Positions 35,590 to 49,905 of a stretch of 64,000 bases of DNA are shown here, one piece after another. Source of the DNA: Octopus sinensis (taxonomy: Eukaryota). The translations under genes were made by a program, and so were the position numbers. The DNA lies in assembly GCF_006345805.1 (NCBI RefSeq), contig NC_043000.1:21080001-21144000 (forward strand). Reading direction: 5' to 3'. Under the pieces are notes generated by a model. That model did no database searches, had not been told where the DNA came from, and saw only the letters and a program-made list of their open reading frames with translations. The stretch's first letter is position 1; each line of letters begins with the position of its first letter.

Positions 35590-36110
35590 TAGCCAATAAT
35601 TAATATCGCACCAAGTTGAAGACCCACATTGAAGAACTACACATGTATATGGGGCTGTTTGCTGCTAAACGCATCAAAATCTCAAACTTTATTCAAAAGA
35701 AGCCCGTCCAACTGATTGAAAACGATTCACTCGTCAACACGCTACAAACTCCGGGCTGTAGAAGATTTGTTGTTTCTCTTTGCCCCTTCTACCAATACTA
35801 CGACGGCCTCCTTGACTCTAAACTATCAACTCTTTGCACACACCCGCCACTCAAGTACTTCCGATCCCAATCTATTATATTTTTACTCATCACCCTACTG
35901 TGTTTCACCTCTCAGACACCTGAAGTAATCCATCCCACTAACCTTTCTCCGCAAATCTACATTTCTTCCCAGTTTGCGGTTTTCCCCTCCCGATATCGAC
36001 CTCTATTTGTTCAAACTGAATACCAACTATATCGATATCACCAAACTAAGTGGTGCTAAATAGACTATGGTCACTACCATCCTCCTGTGATTGGCCCATA
36101 AAAAAAAAAC
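35590..36110 (+). mobile_element. CR1-group LINE 3' relic
   Basis: RPTL..IWG, FIQKKPVQLI..NTLQ..RR..VSLC.FY.YY motifs; ends ggcccataaaaaaaaa. Confidence 0.6.
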
Positions 36111-38647
36111 TGAAAATTTCCAAACTTATTATATTTAATCATCAAAAGTTCCACTTGTCTAGAACACAAATGTTTTATATATCCATAAGAAGAAGCACGA
36201 AAACGAAATGTTACGTCTCATATAGCTTTCTCAATTGCATCAATCGCTTCAATGTCGGAAAGTGGTTTCAATTAGGAATCAAAACTACATCGTTAACTTG
36301 ACACCTGTGGAGATTACTGTTTGCTCCATAAAACTTTCATTTCTGTCTTTCAAAGCCGATTCTTTAACCCAAGATAAATGTCTCTATTCTTCTGGACACG
36401 AATGACATTGCAGTAAAAGAAAATATTCCTTGAATCTTCATCGCACAGTACAAAAGTATTAGTTACTTCTATAGGGCAGCGCAGTGTCAGAAACTTTAGA
36501 ACGCAAAGCTAATTGCTTTTATAATATTTACTTTGGTCTCCACAGACTATTTATTTTTGTTCGATGAAAGTGTATGAATACAATTTACTTCATTTTCATC
36601 AAGAACTGTGCCAAGAAACTTTACTAACGAAAACTTATAATACGAAAATTTAAACTTGTCTTACATTATAAAATGATATTAACTTAGAAAATCCGAAGAA
36701 TCTAAGATGGTCTTAAAATAGGAAATCTAAATACATTACAGGCCTGAAGATCCCATTTAATCTTATTATGAAATTGGATGCAGTTATCTTGTTTTCAGTT
36801 AAAGCGTTTCTCAAAGACAGCGTTTAAAACTAAGAACATGGGCGGTAGTCTTATAAAAATAATGTTTATTCTGTTAGTTTTCGTTTGTTAACGACCAGCT
36901 AGAGATTATTAGAAATGAAGCTGAAACTTTAAGACACGATACTTATCGTTTAATCATTAGAAATTTACAGCCTCTATGTGTAAATCAATTTCTCACAGCA
37001 AAAAAGATAATTCTGATGGACCAAGTTGTAGCAGAATTAATTCTTTAACGATGAATATAAGAAAACAAGCAGCTATAATGATGAAAAGTAATCTATTATT
37101 ATTAGCCAAGGAAATATTGATCGTATCAGTATCATCGTTTTTATGTGATTTTGTGATTTAGCAATCGGAAGAGATATTTGGGAGAAACCTGAAGATAAGA
37201 ATTGGAATAAGAAAAAGTGTAGAAATATCGGTACGGATGTCTTTATTTTTGGTTATAAACACTGATGTAGCCGATAATTCGTTGAAAGATGGATGTTTAA
37301 GAGCTCTGGGTACGGAAATAATTTACATACATATTAGTTTCATTGTGTCTGAATTAATCGCTTTAATTTATCTAGTATTCAATATTTTTTTAATATTTAG
37401 GCATTTTCTGCTTATCTAATATCAAAATTACTCTGTAAATGAAGAAACTTGTTGAAACTTCTCAGCCAATTCAAATTCACTTATCTATAGAAGAAATTGT
37501 TTTATGCCAGTTTTGAATAATCAAATGAAACTTAATAAGCTTACCTTAATATAATGCAGGTAATTATTTTAACAATCATGCACAAAATAACGACAATATC
37601 AGATACGGTGGAACTTGAATCTGTGACGAGCAACCTCTAATGACTCAAATACCAATATAAATTTCTTCATTTCCATATACTCATACTTTTCTCTGTACGT
37701 ATAACTTTTCTAGAAATACGAGTAGGCTCTCAGAATCGACTTTGCTTTCTTTGAAAGAAAGCAGTTAATAAAATTAGGTGACAAAATGTCAGCGTAATAA
37801 ATTCCTCTTGGACAATCATCAAACCTTAATTACTTTCCAACTGTTGCATGCTTATCATTTATCTCTATAAGAGTTCTTTGAACGTGCATATTCAGTTATC
37901 GCTTGCAGACATAATAGAGTATGAAACATTAGATTTTGCTGATCCTGTTCGTGTAGCTTGAGGATATGCTTCACTTCGCGATTTTCTATAACACCTGTGT
38001 CAAAACAGCTGTTTAATGATAAGAAAATCTCTAAGCGTCCAATAGAATAATCGGAACCGAGAATAATCAGAACAATTTCTAACCGGAATTTATAGAGATT
38101 GATCGAAAACCCTATCGATTTAGTTATGATGTAAACAGAAAATAAAATTTTAAAATCCATTTTGGTCGATGATATTGAAAGACTAATGAATCTGTTCAAT
38201 CACTGAAACGAGAGCATTCAGTACTTTCCAACGAATCTTTGAATAAATATCATAAAAGTGTTTTAGTTAAAATTGTTCTCTTAATATTCGTTGTTGTATC
38301 TTATTCCGACTCGTTTTTGTGACTTTATTGGGTCTCCAAGCTTTTATGTAGTGGCCCAAAACAAACGTACAATGGAATGGTTTTCCATAAGTTTATCCAA
38401 GTATCTCTCTGAAACTCAGGACTACAAGCTAGTAAAAAACCCACCAATTTTATAATGCATCAATAAATCATGTCAGCTTACGGTTTCAATTTAGAACTTC
38501 ATGAAATTTAGGTGTTCTTACCAATCCACGCTATCGATACACTCTAAAATATGTCTATATCACGTATTGCTGCTTCTGATACCTATTTTAACGGTTTGTT
38601 TGATGTGCTTCTCTGATATAAGTTATATATAAAAAAACAAAGCATTA

Positions 38648-38880
38648 GGACGGCGAGCTTGCAGAAACGTTAGCACGCCGGGCGAAATGCGTAGCCGTAT
38701 TTTGTCTGCCGTTACGTTCTGAGTTCAAATTCCGCCGAGGTCGACTTTGCCTTTCATCCTTTCGGGATCGATAAATTAAGTACTATTTATGCACTGGGGT
38801 CGATGTATTCGACTTAATCCGTTTGCCTGTCCTTGTTTGTCCCCTGTTATTAGCCTCTTGTGGGTAGTAAAGAAATAGGT
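38648..38880 (+). mobile_element. SINE family A, full length
   Basis: Matches 952-1184 throughout; tail agcctcttgtgggtagtaaagaaatagg. Confidence 0.9.
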
Positions 38881-38944
38881 ATATAAAAAAAGCGTCATCT
38901 ATATGAGTATGAAAACAAATATCTCTTAATCAAATACATATATA

Positions 38945-39266
38945 GGAACATGCCGTCGGTCACGACGACGAGGGTCCCAGATGATACGATCAACGGAACA
39001 GACTGCTCGTGAAATTAACGTGCACGTGGCTGAGCACTTCACAGACACGTCTACCCTTAACGTAGGTTCTCAGGGAGATTCAGCTTAACACAAAGGCTGG
39101 CTCTTTGAAATACAGGTACTACTCACTTTTGCCAGGTGAGTGGAGTGGACTGGGGCAACGTGAGATAAAGTGTTTTGCTCAAGGACACAACGCGTCGCCG
39201 GGAATTGAACTCACGACCTTACGATCGTGCGCCGAATGCCCTAACCACTAAGCCACGCGCCTTCAC
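38945..39266 (-). mobile_element. SINE family C variant
   Basis: Minus strand gtgaaggcgcgtggcttagtggttagggc..gagttcaattcccggcgacgcgttgtgtccttgagcaaaacac; tail differs from other family C copies. Confidence 0.82.
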
Positions 39267-39689
39267 TAAATACATAAATATGCTGTAATGAGTATACATG
39301 CAACAATATACTATACTGATTCGCAATACAAATGCTGAACGCTTGATTAAATTCAAGGTCACTGGAAATTCAACAGCAGCTGTTTTTGTAAGCGGTGGGA
39401 ATTCTGTCATTAATTCAGTGTCACACCTGATCACCAAGGCAACAATTTCAAGTATGCAAGCCATAAAGGAGAGCACGAAAACAAAGTAGCGGAAAATTGT
39501 TTTGAGATGATAATCAAATCCTCCGCTGAGTCACCACCCGTGTGTCTATTATGACCTAAAAGACCAAACCGCTCAAGTTATTATAGCTTTTGGTATCATC
39601 ATAGAGAAAAAAATAAAAATAAAAAAAAACAAGAAACAAGAACAAAGAAACACCGTAGAAATGTTTATCTAAAGAATAACAACATAAAT

Positions 39690-40535
39690 GCATAGTCTGA
39701 TCAATAAGTATCCGGACTGTTGCCGTAGTAACGAAGCTAAAGCACGCAGAGTAAAGCCACTTGGTACAGATTGATCTTGAACTCTGCTGTGCATGCGCAC
39801 TAAGTTTTAACGTTCTAGTTCACTTCTTCTGTTTACAGCAGTGCTTGGAAGGAACATGTGTAGCGTGTGATTGTTGCATTGACCATGACAGAGGAAGTTG
39901 AGCAGAGAATTTGCATCAAATTTTGCCAAAAGCTTGGTGATACCTGCTCAGAGGCCTACGCAAAGTTTCAGAAAGTGCATGGAGAGGAGTGTTTGAGCTG
40001 CACGCAAGTGTACGAGTGGCTCAGACGTTTCCAAGATGGCCCCAAGAAATCGATAGTGACAAACGTTCTGGGAGACCCGCAACCAGAGGAACTGAGAAAA
40101 ACACCGCAGATGTGCATACAGCTGTGAGGGGAAATCGTCGAATCACCATCCTAGAGTTATCAGAGGATATGCAGATTAGTTACAGTTCAGTTCAGTCCAT
40201 TATCACTGAAGATTTGGGTATGAGATGCTTGTCTGCGAAGTTTATGCTTTCAGCTGACCAAAAAGACGCTCGGGTTTCAGTTGCACAAAATCTCCTTGTG
40301 CAGCGTTCCCCAGGTCCGACAGCCACGTATTCCCCAGATCTTGCTCCTTGCGACTATTTTCTCTTTCCACAAACCAAATCCCACTTGAAAGGAAGATTTC
40401 AGGACGTTGAGGAAATCAAAGTGAATGCGACATGGCAGCTGCTGATTATCCCAGAAAACTAGTTCCAGAACTGCTTCCATCAATGGAAACAGCGCTGGAT
40501 TAAGTGTGCGGTTTCCGAAGGGGACTATTTTGCCA
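39690..40535 (+). mobile_element. Mariner relic lacking most of the DDD catalytic domain
   Basis: TIR-like tagtctgatcaataagtatccggact; EQRICIKFC..LG, QVYEW, RSGRP, LGMRCLSAKF joined almost directly to YSPDLAPCDYFLFP..KG.RF..VEEIK..RWIKC..GDYF. Confidence 0.88.
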
Positions 40536-41023
40536 AATTGGTACGTGTTGTAGCTTTGGTTTATTGATCAGACCTCGTACGTAATGATATACTTCGATAA
40601 CACGGATTAGTGAACAATTTGTAAGCTGAAATTATAAACAAGCGCACCAACTCTTGCTAGGTTCATTGGTACGAGGGTGCTGCTTGCTAACGAGACACAA
40701 CGATGACCAAACGCCGGTCTTCTTAGAATTCATTACGTTGATGACTGGGATGTGTTATGTACACACAGTCGTTGTAAAGAAGAAGTTATTCTCCTGTGAC
40801 GAAACACAACAGTGATTAGCATATTCGAATCTTTCGGATCTTATTAAAAATATAAATGCAAGTGATTGAAATAAGCTGCCCCACAGATAATCGACAGAAA
40901 GTATTTGTGTTGAAATACCGGTTCTAAACACCTTCCTTTCATATAATAGAAATATCATTATTTCTAATTTTCCCTAAAGCAGACTACGGCAGCGGTACTG
41001 GATATTAATAGCTATCGCAAGCA

Positions 41024-41219
41024 AACATGCAGTCCAGATAAATAGAACGAATGCTGCCGTTGATTAACTCCAAGAGGCCATCACCTCTAGCTTGCTATGT
41101 GACACACAAACCTGTGTCCATTATAACCTTCGAACAGGGGAGGTCAGCTAGCTAGAGGCGATGACCTCTTGGAGCTAATCAACGGCAGCATTCGTCCTCT
41201 TTATCTGGACTGCCATGTT
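41024..41219. mobile_element. MITE with ~70-bp inverted arms and possible 4-bp TSD (agca)
   Basis: aacatgcagtccagataaatagaacgaatgctgccgttgatt..ctagct and its reverse complement at 41150-41219; agca at 41020-41023 and 41220-41223. Confidence 0.8.
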
Positions 41220-41604
41220 AGCATGGCAATAACTATTAATACTTTCATATAATATTTTAGAGAAACAGATTAGATTTAGTCTTGTTGAATTATCTAGATC
41301 CAAAGTAAAGTAGCCTTGGCTGAGCATTCCAGCCACGAACATCCTTCCTTTCTTTTATTGTAGAAAGAATTGGTTAAAAAGAACATAGAATCACAGAAAT
41401 TTTATCCTAAAGAAGAAATAGAGAAATGAAAAAAACACTCCACTCATATTAAGCAACTGTATATTTACTTTTCCCCACCCCTGATATATTTTGGTGCTGC
41501 AAAATAGGAGTAAAAAAATACACTCTTTCTTCAGTAAAGCCAGAATTTGTATCGTTATTTGCAACCAAATATTGATTTCTGATATTGATTTCTTACATAA
41601 CACT

Positions 41605-41772
41605 AGAAATTTTCATTGAGGGAAGAGTCGATTATATCGACCCCAGTAATCATTTTACTGACACAATATCTTACCGATCCCGGAGAGATGAAAGAGAAAG
41701 ACAATCTCAGTGGGATTTGAACTCAGAGCGTAAAGACCCATATCTAAACAATCTTTAACCGTTGGCCAATGC
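41605..41772 (-). mobile_element. SINE family A, degraded
   Basis: gtcgattatatcgaccccagt..gatcccggagagatgaaag..tttgaactcagagcgtaaagac on the + strand. Confidence 0.6.
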
Positions 41773-41984
41773 ACCGTTCTATTTATATATATATATAATA
41801 TTGGCACAACGTAATAGTATTGATATCAGCATAATAAATATATTAACATCTACTGGAAACTTATACGTAAGCAGTAATTAAATCTTAAAGTGCGCTTGCT
41901 GGGATACAGCTTAAACGTTTTTGATCATGGGCTTACTCAGTCAGGACTGGCCTAGGGTTGAAAAAGAACATCGTCACCATCATC

Positions 41985-42042
41985 ATAACACCATCATTAT
42001 AACAACCACTTCCTCCCCTCCTTTTTTCTATTTTTCTTCTTC

Positions 42043-42079
<37 letters not shown>

Positions 42080-42209
42080 CCATCGACATCGTCAGCAACA
42101 TCATGATCGCGATCATCGTCGTCGTCGTTTCAAAAATGGGACAAAAAAAACACAAAATCCATTTCAGCGAACAAACCAAATGAATACCAGCACCACCAGC
42201 AGCAGCGGC

Positions 42210-42258
<49 letters not shown>

Positions 42259-42280
42259 GCAATAATAACAGCAGCTGTCA
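41985..42280. repeat. (CAT)n/(CAC)n/(CAA)n trinucleotide mosaic
   Basis: Direct inspection. Confidence 0.85.
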
Positions 42281-42582
42281 ACGCGAATCTGAAATTGACT
42301 GAAATTTCAATTTCTTAAACCTCTGTACATGGTCGTGCGAATACGCTTTTCGTATGGGTATATATAAATATCTGCATGTATATACTTTGGCTCATTGGAC
42401 GCAAAATAAGAAGCTGTTTTATAACGCTAAGTTTGAAATCGATTTACAATTAATCATAAAATCTAGTTTATTTTTTCATCCGCCCGCTTATTCCGTGCTA
42501 ATGGAATATTGAGATGGTTTAGAACCAGTTGGCGTCTATTTCTAGCGCGTTGGTGTGGTCAATCCGCACCCTTTAATATAAA

Positions 42583-43713
42583 CTTTATATATATAAAACT
42601 GAGAATGTGTGTCTGTGTGTCTGTGTGTCTGTCTGTCTGTCTGTGTGTTTCCCTAAAACTTGAGAACTACACAACCAATTTCATTCAAATTGTACACATG
42701 CCTTACTTAGGGTCTGGGGAGTGTCATCGGCAAAAAACATTTTAAACTTTTTGCCCAGGGCGAGCCCACAGCAATATCATATCTTCTCCACTACGATTCC
42801 CTAAAACTTGAGAACTACACAACCAATTTCATTCAAATTTTACAGATGCCTTACTTAGGGTCCATGTAGTTTCATGGGCAAAAAAATGTTCAACTTCTTG
42901 CCTAGAGCGAGCCCATAGCAATATCATATCTTCTCCACTATTTCAGTATTACGTGTTAAAAGTGAAACAAAACGTTTCTCGATTTTATGTCAGATACTTT
43001 CACTTTAACAATAAAAATTAGAGATAATAATAACAATTGAATTATATGTAGTAAGTTATAATTAAAACCAAACTAAAGTATAAAATAATCGTAACATAAC
43101 AAAAGTAAAAATAGCAATTGGTATAAAATTGCATCAATGACTTGAACTTGAATAAGTGGTTTCACATGAATGGGAATAAATTAAAAATAAAATTAGCGTG
43201 CAGAAATGGAATAGTCCAGATGGATAATAAAAAATTAAATTAAAGAAAAGACTATTGTCTATAAAGTATACAATATAGAGAAAAAAGATTTGAACACATG
43301 GAGGAAAGCACCTTCGAAATGTGTCTTGGTGCGACTATGAAAGGTATCTAATCAGAGGCGGTAAATTCGCCACAATAGAAGCAAGGTTCGAGTTAACGGA
43401 GCGTGCAAGGGAGTACTCGACACGAAATTGCAAAGTGGAAATATTTTATTTTTAGCTTTATGTCTGGGATGTAGGACGTCCCGGAAAAAAATTTTTAGAT
43501 GCTCCCCCCCGCCTAGAAGTAGAGGTAGGCTAGATTGTAGCCACACTTCTATGCAAGAGGGAGGACAAGATACAATTGATCGAAATTACAAGAGACGAGC
43601 TAACAATTCCAGTCTGTTATATATTTTGAGTATTGTTATCACTAGCGATAGCAAGATATAACTTTGTATTTTGTATTTTATGTATAGATGTATATATATA
43701 GATGTACATGTAA
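42583..43713 (+). mobile_element. Second copy of the 32610 Helitron, 3' end missing
   Basis: Collinear with 32610-34110; carries a ~148-bp tandem duplication (starts at 42649 and 42797), lacks ~540 bp present at 33085-33625, and ends in (TA)n without hairpin or CTAG. Confidence 0.85.
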
Positions 43714-43728
43714 TATGTACAGATATAT

Positions 43729-43823
<95 letters not shown>

Positions 43824-43920
43824 TATATATGTATGTATGTCTACCTATCTATCTCTCTCTCTGGGACTGAACCAGGAACCATGTGGTTGGTAAGCAAGCT
43901 ACTTACCACACAGCCACTCA

Positions 43921-43975
<55 letters not shown>

Positions 43976-44010
43976 CTACCTATCTATCTCTCTATCTCTC
44001 TCTATATCTT

Positions 44011-44042
<32 letters not shown>

Positions 44043-44435
44043 TGAGTGGCTGTGTGGTAAGTAGCTTGCTTACCAACCACATGGTTCCTGGTTCAGTCCC
44101 ACTGCGTGGCACCTTAGGCAAGTGTCTTCTACTATAGCCTCGGGCCGACCAAAGCCTTGTGAGTGGATTTGGTAAACGGAAACTGAAAGAAGCCCGTCGT
44201 ATATATGTATATATATATATGTGTATGTTTGTGTGTTGTGTTTATCCCCCCAACATCGTTTGACAACCGATGCTGGTGTGTTTACGTCCCCGTAACTTAG
44301 CGGTTTGGTAAAAGCGACCGATAGAATAAGTACTAGGCTTACGAAGAATAAGTCCTGGGGTCGATTTGCTCGACTAAAGGCGGTGCTCCAGCATGGCCAG
44401 TGTCAAATGACTGAAACAAGTAAATGAGTAAATGA
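44043..44435 (+). mobile_element. SINE family B, near full length
   Basis: gagtggctgtgtggtaagtagc head, caccttaggcaagtgtcttctactatagcc core, gactgaaacaagtaaatgagtaaa tail. Confidence 0.9.
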
Positions 44436-44516
44436 GATACTTCTAATATGAGTATAAAATTTTTCCCCAAAAATCGTATCAGTGGCCAGTAAGTTTTCTT
44501 TTATATATAGTTACAG

Positions 44517-44814
44517 TTTCTTCCTTCTCGAACCATGCCTGGCTCATAAGAGCCGGTTTCCCGGTTTCCTTGGCGTATAGGTTCCCCACTTGGACGGGAC
44601 GCCGGTCCGTCGCAGGTGAGCTGCAAGATGCAGGAGGAAAGAGAGAAAGTTGTGGTGAAAGAGTCAGCAGAAGTTCGCCATTACCTTCTGCCGGAGCCGC
44701 GTGGAGCTTAGGTGTTTTGCTCATAAACACACACATCGCCCAGTCTGAGATTCGAACCCGCGATCCCTCGACCGCGTATGCGCTGCTCTAACCACTAGGA
44801 CATGTGCCTCCACA
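44517..44814 (-). mobile_element. SINE family C variant with perfect 15-bp TSD
   Basis: tatatatagttacag at 44502-44516 and 44815-44829; head gtggaggcacatgtcctagtggttagagc on the minus strand. Confidence 0.88.
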
Positions 44815-44826
44815 TATATATAGTTA

Positions 44827-45472
44827 CAGGGTGGTGCAAAAGTTTGGACCCATAGAGAAATTACAAAAAATTATTTCTTGCCTTTGACATGATTTTGCTC
44901 ATTTAATAATCATATCACGCCCAATACTGTCCAAGGATTATGGTGCAGGTGGCTATATAGGAAAGTACGATAATTGGTCCTTATTACTTCCCAAACACGT
45001 TAATAGGTGAGTCATACCTTCATTTATTAAAAACAGTCCTAATGCTTTGCTTAGATGACGTACCACTAGCAATTCGAAGAGATGTGTGGTTTCAACAGGA
45101 TGGGGCTCCGCCACATTATACGAAAGATGTGCCCAGTTTTTTGGACAATACATTTCCAAGATAATGGAGTGGATGTCAGGGACCGGTTGAATGGCTACAA
45201 AGATCTCCGGATTTCAGTCCTTTAGGTTTTTTTTTATGGAGACATCTAAAATTAGTGGTTGATGCTAACAGACCAAAAGTATTACAAGTCTATAGAAGAT
45301 AACATGACTCAAGAAATTGAAACCTATTGAATAACTCTATGCTTAAAAATGTACAAAGATCCTGAGTAAGAAAGTGTTTGGAAGAAGGTGGAAATCAGTT
45401 TGAACACTTATTGTAAACCGTAAATTGTTATATGACAAATTGCTTATGGGCTCAAGCTTTTGCACCACCCCG
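44827..45472 (+). mobile_element. IS630-Tc1-mariner deletion derivative with TIRs and TA TSD
   Basis: TIRs cagggtggtgcaaaagtttggacccata / tatgggctcaagcttttgcaccaccccg; residual IIGPYYF, VWFQQDGAPPHY, RSPD..PL.FFLW. Confidence 0.88.
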
Positions 45473-45509
<37 letters not shown>

Positions 45510-45908
45510 AGCGTGTATCTATACAGTAATGTATGTATGTGTATATATACACACATATATATATGTATATGTGTGTGTATATATCTATATCTATAAAAAC
45601 ACTTGCATGTATGTATGTATGTACGTTTGTATGCATGTATAATCAATTAATTAATAATTTTTGCAAGTAGATCGGTACGTTAAAATAACATTTATAGGTA
45701 AAATTATACAAATATTCTATAATTATAAACATAATTATAATTAGGGGTCAGCTAATTGCTTTACCACATACCGAATTTAGAAATAGGAGTTAAAAATTCC
45801 TTTTCTACTATCGTAAGATTCTCCCAGACAGTAACACACTTTTTTACGTAGCCAAAGAAAGAAATAATGAATGAACACGACTCCGATTAGCCAATATTCG
45901 TATGTATG

Positions 45909-45986
<78 letters not shown>

Positions 45987-46739
45987 CGTGTACATTAAAA
46001 CACATCAAGAGGATTCCAAATAGGAAAGCCTTGTGCTTCCTACTGATGAAAACTAGCCTCAGTAAATTTTTTTTTTACTGGAATTAGTTAGAAACCATGG
46101 TCTAGGAACTAAATAAGATGGTAAACGTTTTTAATTTTCATTCCTTTCGAGAATTTATCCCTAATTAGTGGTTTGACTTTTCTACCACTCTCTCTAGCAC
46201 AAGGCATTCCTATTTGGAAGCCTCTTGATATGATTTAATGTGCAACGATATTTCTATGTGAATAATATATAGTCTATTGACTAATCCTTTTTTGTGCTAG
46301 GCCACTGGTAATAATAATTTATATAATTCTTATTATCCGAATGTTATATATATATATGAAGAGCCAGCCTTCTTTATCTTCAATAATTTGTAAATATACA
46401 ATTGTATAATGCAATGTGGAGCATCAATATTAGTGTAGACATATACAATGATTTATTATACACTGAAATTATTACGTGATGAAGTCTGTGAAACTGCTGT
46501 AATACTAAGGAAGTCACGTGGTTAAATAAATATATTCACCTCTCACACGTAATGACGTTTTATGGTTTATATGCTCCTCATGAAATATTTTCATCGATTT
46601 GATCGCCTGGATTTCAGCTGCATAGAACACGATACTGTACTCCTCCATATTGCATTACAATGTGGTATGATAGCCAGATCGACTAGAGGAGCTTTCCGTG
46701 ACAGTTACGATTGCGTGTGTGTGAAACCTTTTAGCAAGT

Positions 46740-46885
46740 GATCATGACATGTTCATGCGAGGTCTTTCACACCCAGCATCCGCGCAACGCGCTTCCATCC
46801 TTTTTTGAACACGCACTCTGACAGACACATACTCTCTAGCCCCACCTTCCTTTTCAGATGGAACTTGAAAAAGTTCGTTAGGGCG
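46740..46885 (-). mobile_element. Small fragment of a second L1/Tx1-like ORF2 C-terminus
   Basis: ALTNFFKFHLKRKVGLE..W..VARM aligns with GLINFFKFHLKRKMRLE..W..CARL at 5358-5470. Confidence 0.7.
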
Positions 46886-47017
46886 TGTGCGTGCATGTGT
46901 GTGTGTGTGTGTGTGTAGACACAGATTAGAAGTATTAAGCAATGATGTGTACACATATAAACTGTTACCAGTTCAAATGTATTCGAACGCGTAAGAAAGC
47001 GATTTACTGTATTTTGT

Positions 47018-47104
<87 letters not shown>

Positions 47105-47109
47105 CATAA

Positions 47110-48035
<926 letters not shown>

Positions 48036-48119
48036 ACACACACACATATATGTGTGTGTGTGTGTGTTTATATGTATATATATATACATATGTATATACA
48101 TCTATATATATATAAGTAT

Positions 48120-49128
48120 GTGTAGTTTGTCCGTCGATGCGACGAAGACCATCTAGTCATCCTGGAGTGGGGTGGGCTTGTTTTGTGAGTCCGCAGATGG
48201 CTAGTGAGGCCAATCTGCGCCCGAAAGAGTCTTTGACAGTGTGGACAGGGAATGGTAGCGCCTGCTACAGGGTTATTAGCTCTGTTCTTCCTGGCTTGTC
48301 TGCGGTCTTCTGCTGCAGAGATCCTATTGGTCTTGCATAGTGTCATGGTCGATGTTGAAAGCTTTCAGTAAGGCTTTCAGTGTGTCCTTAAAGCCCTTCT
48401 TCTGGCCACCTTGTGAGCGCTTTCCCTTTTGCAGCTCGCCAAAGAGCAATCTTTGTCATGATGGTAATCCTCCTCCTGTCCCAGACAGTCTTGCGTAGCC
48501 TACCTAAGGCAGCGCTTGCCTTGGTGAGTCTGGCGTTGATTTCGTCATCGACGGCAACATTTCTAGAGAGTGTGTTGCCAAGATAGGTGAACTTGTCCAC
48601 TGCGTTCAGTCGCTGCCCATTGATGGTGATGGTGGGTTCAACGTAGGGCTTGGTTGGAGCTGGCTGATACATTTGCATTGATAATAAGGCCAAAGTTTTT
48701 GCAGGCGCCTGAGAACAAGTCAACGCTGTGCTGCATGTTGGACTCAGTGGCAGCATTGAGAGCGAAGAGGAGGTCGTTGACGGTGTCTACTGAAACCTTG
48801 GTTTTCGCTTTGAGCCTCCCGAGGTTGGAGACTGAACCGTCGAACCGGCACTTGATGCCGATGCCTATGTCTGTGTCCCTAAAAGCATCTGTCAGCATGG
48901 CTGAGAACGTATGGCTGAACAATTTGGGAGCAAGGACACATCTTTGTTTCACTCCGTTGGAGACAGGGAATGGATCAGAGGTCTCTCCGTTGTCCTGTAC
49001 CCTTGCCAATATGTCATCGCGTAGTTTTCTTACGATGGTGATGAATTTTCTGGGGCATCCATTCTTCGCCAAGGTTCTCCAGAGACCTTCTCTACTAACG
49101 GTATCAAAGTCCTTGGTCAGGTCGATGT
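48120..49128 (-). mobile_element. RTE (BovB-like) LINE, 3' part, internally deleted
   Basis: IDLTKDFDTVSREGLW, NGVKQRCVLAP.LF, DLLF-ALNAA (catalytic ADD lost), KFTYLG, EINARL.KAS, CPHCQRLFRAQIGLTSHLRTH, tail ggacaaactacac. Confidence 0.9.
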
Positions 49129-49146
49129 ATATATATATATATATAT

Positions 49147-49340
49147 AAATTTTAATAATGAGGGTGATAAATTGAATATTAATTTAATTAACATTAATTT
49201 ATAACCAGTGGCCTATAGAAACATCTGGAAATTCAGAAAAATTGTATTACATGCGTATAAGAAGGTATAAGAAGGCCACTGGTTTTAAATTAATGTCAAT
49301 TAAATTAATATTCAGTTCATCACCCTCATTATTTAAATTT
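49147..49340. mobile_element. AT-rich foldback/MITE-like element
   Basis: 68-bp inverted arms, 49147-49214 and 49273-49340, about 6 mismatches, next to (TA)n. Confidence 0.75.
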
Positions 49341-49689
49341 TAAATAATTATGTTCTCTAACCAGCAACATTCACTGCAGTGAATTATCTTCTGCAGAACT
49401 GTTTCCGGGATTTAGCGCGCCAGAGATGAGACATTTGAAAATAACCCCAATGTAATTGGTAGAACTGTACACATGTCTAATTTTATGAGGGCAACCTGTG
49501 TAAGTAAAATTGTTAATAGCGAAACTAGTCTACGATTAATTCTTTATTTTGTATATTTTCATTTGTCGTAGCCGCTTATGTTGTGATGTTTGCTGAATTT
49601 TTCTAGAGAACATTCTTTTCCTTTGTGGTTAGATCGTAGGTGATCTACTTCTAGCATAATCGATGTCCACTTATTGGTCATCCCTTCTT

Positions 49690-49692
49690 ATA

Positions 49693-49732
<40 letters not shown>

Positions 49733-49740
49733 TTATTAAT

Positions 49741-49774
<34 letters not shown>

Positions 49775-49824
49775 AGATAGATAGATAGATAGATAGATAG
49801 ATACATAGATAGATAGATAGATAC

Positions 49825-49897
<73 letters not shown>

Positions 49898-49905
49898 CAG
49901 ACAGA
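49690..49905. repeat. (TA)n/(GA)n/(GATA)n compound microsatellite
   Basis: Direct inspection. Confidence 0.92.

Noticed and set aside
37855-38199. 114-aa minus-strand ORF as a gene
   Set aside because: No recognisable domain or codon signal and splice sites are ambiguous; kept unannotated pending RNA-seq or a homology search.
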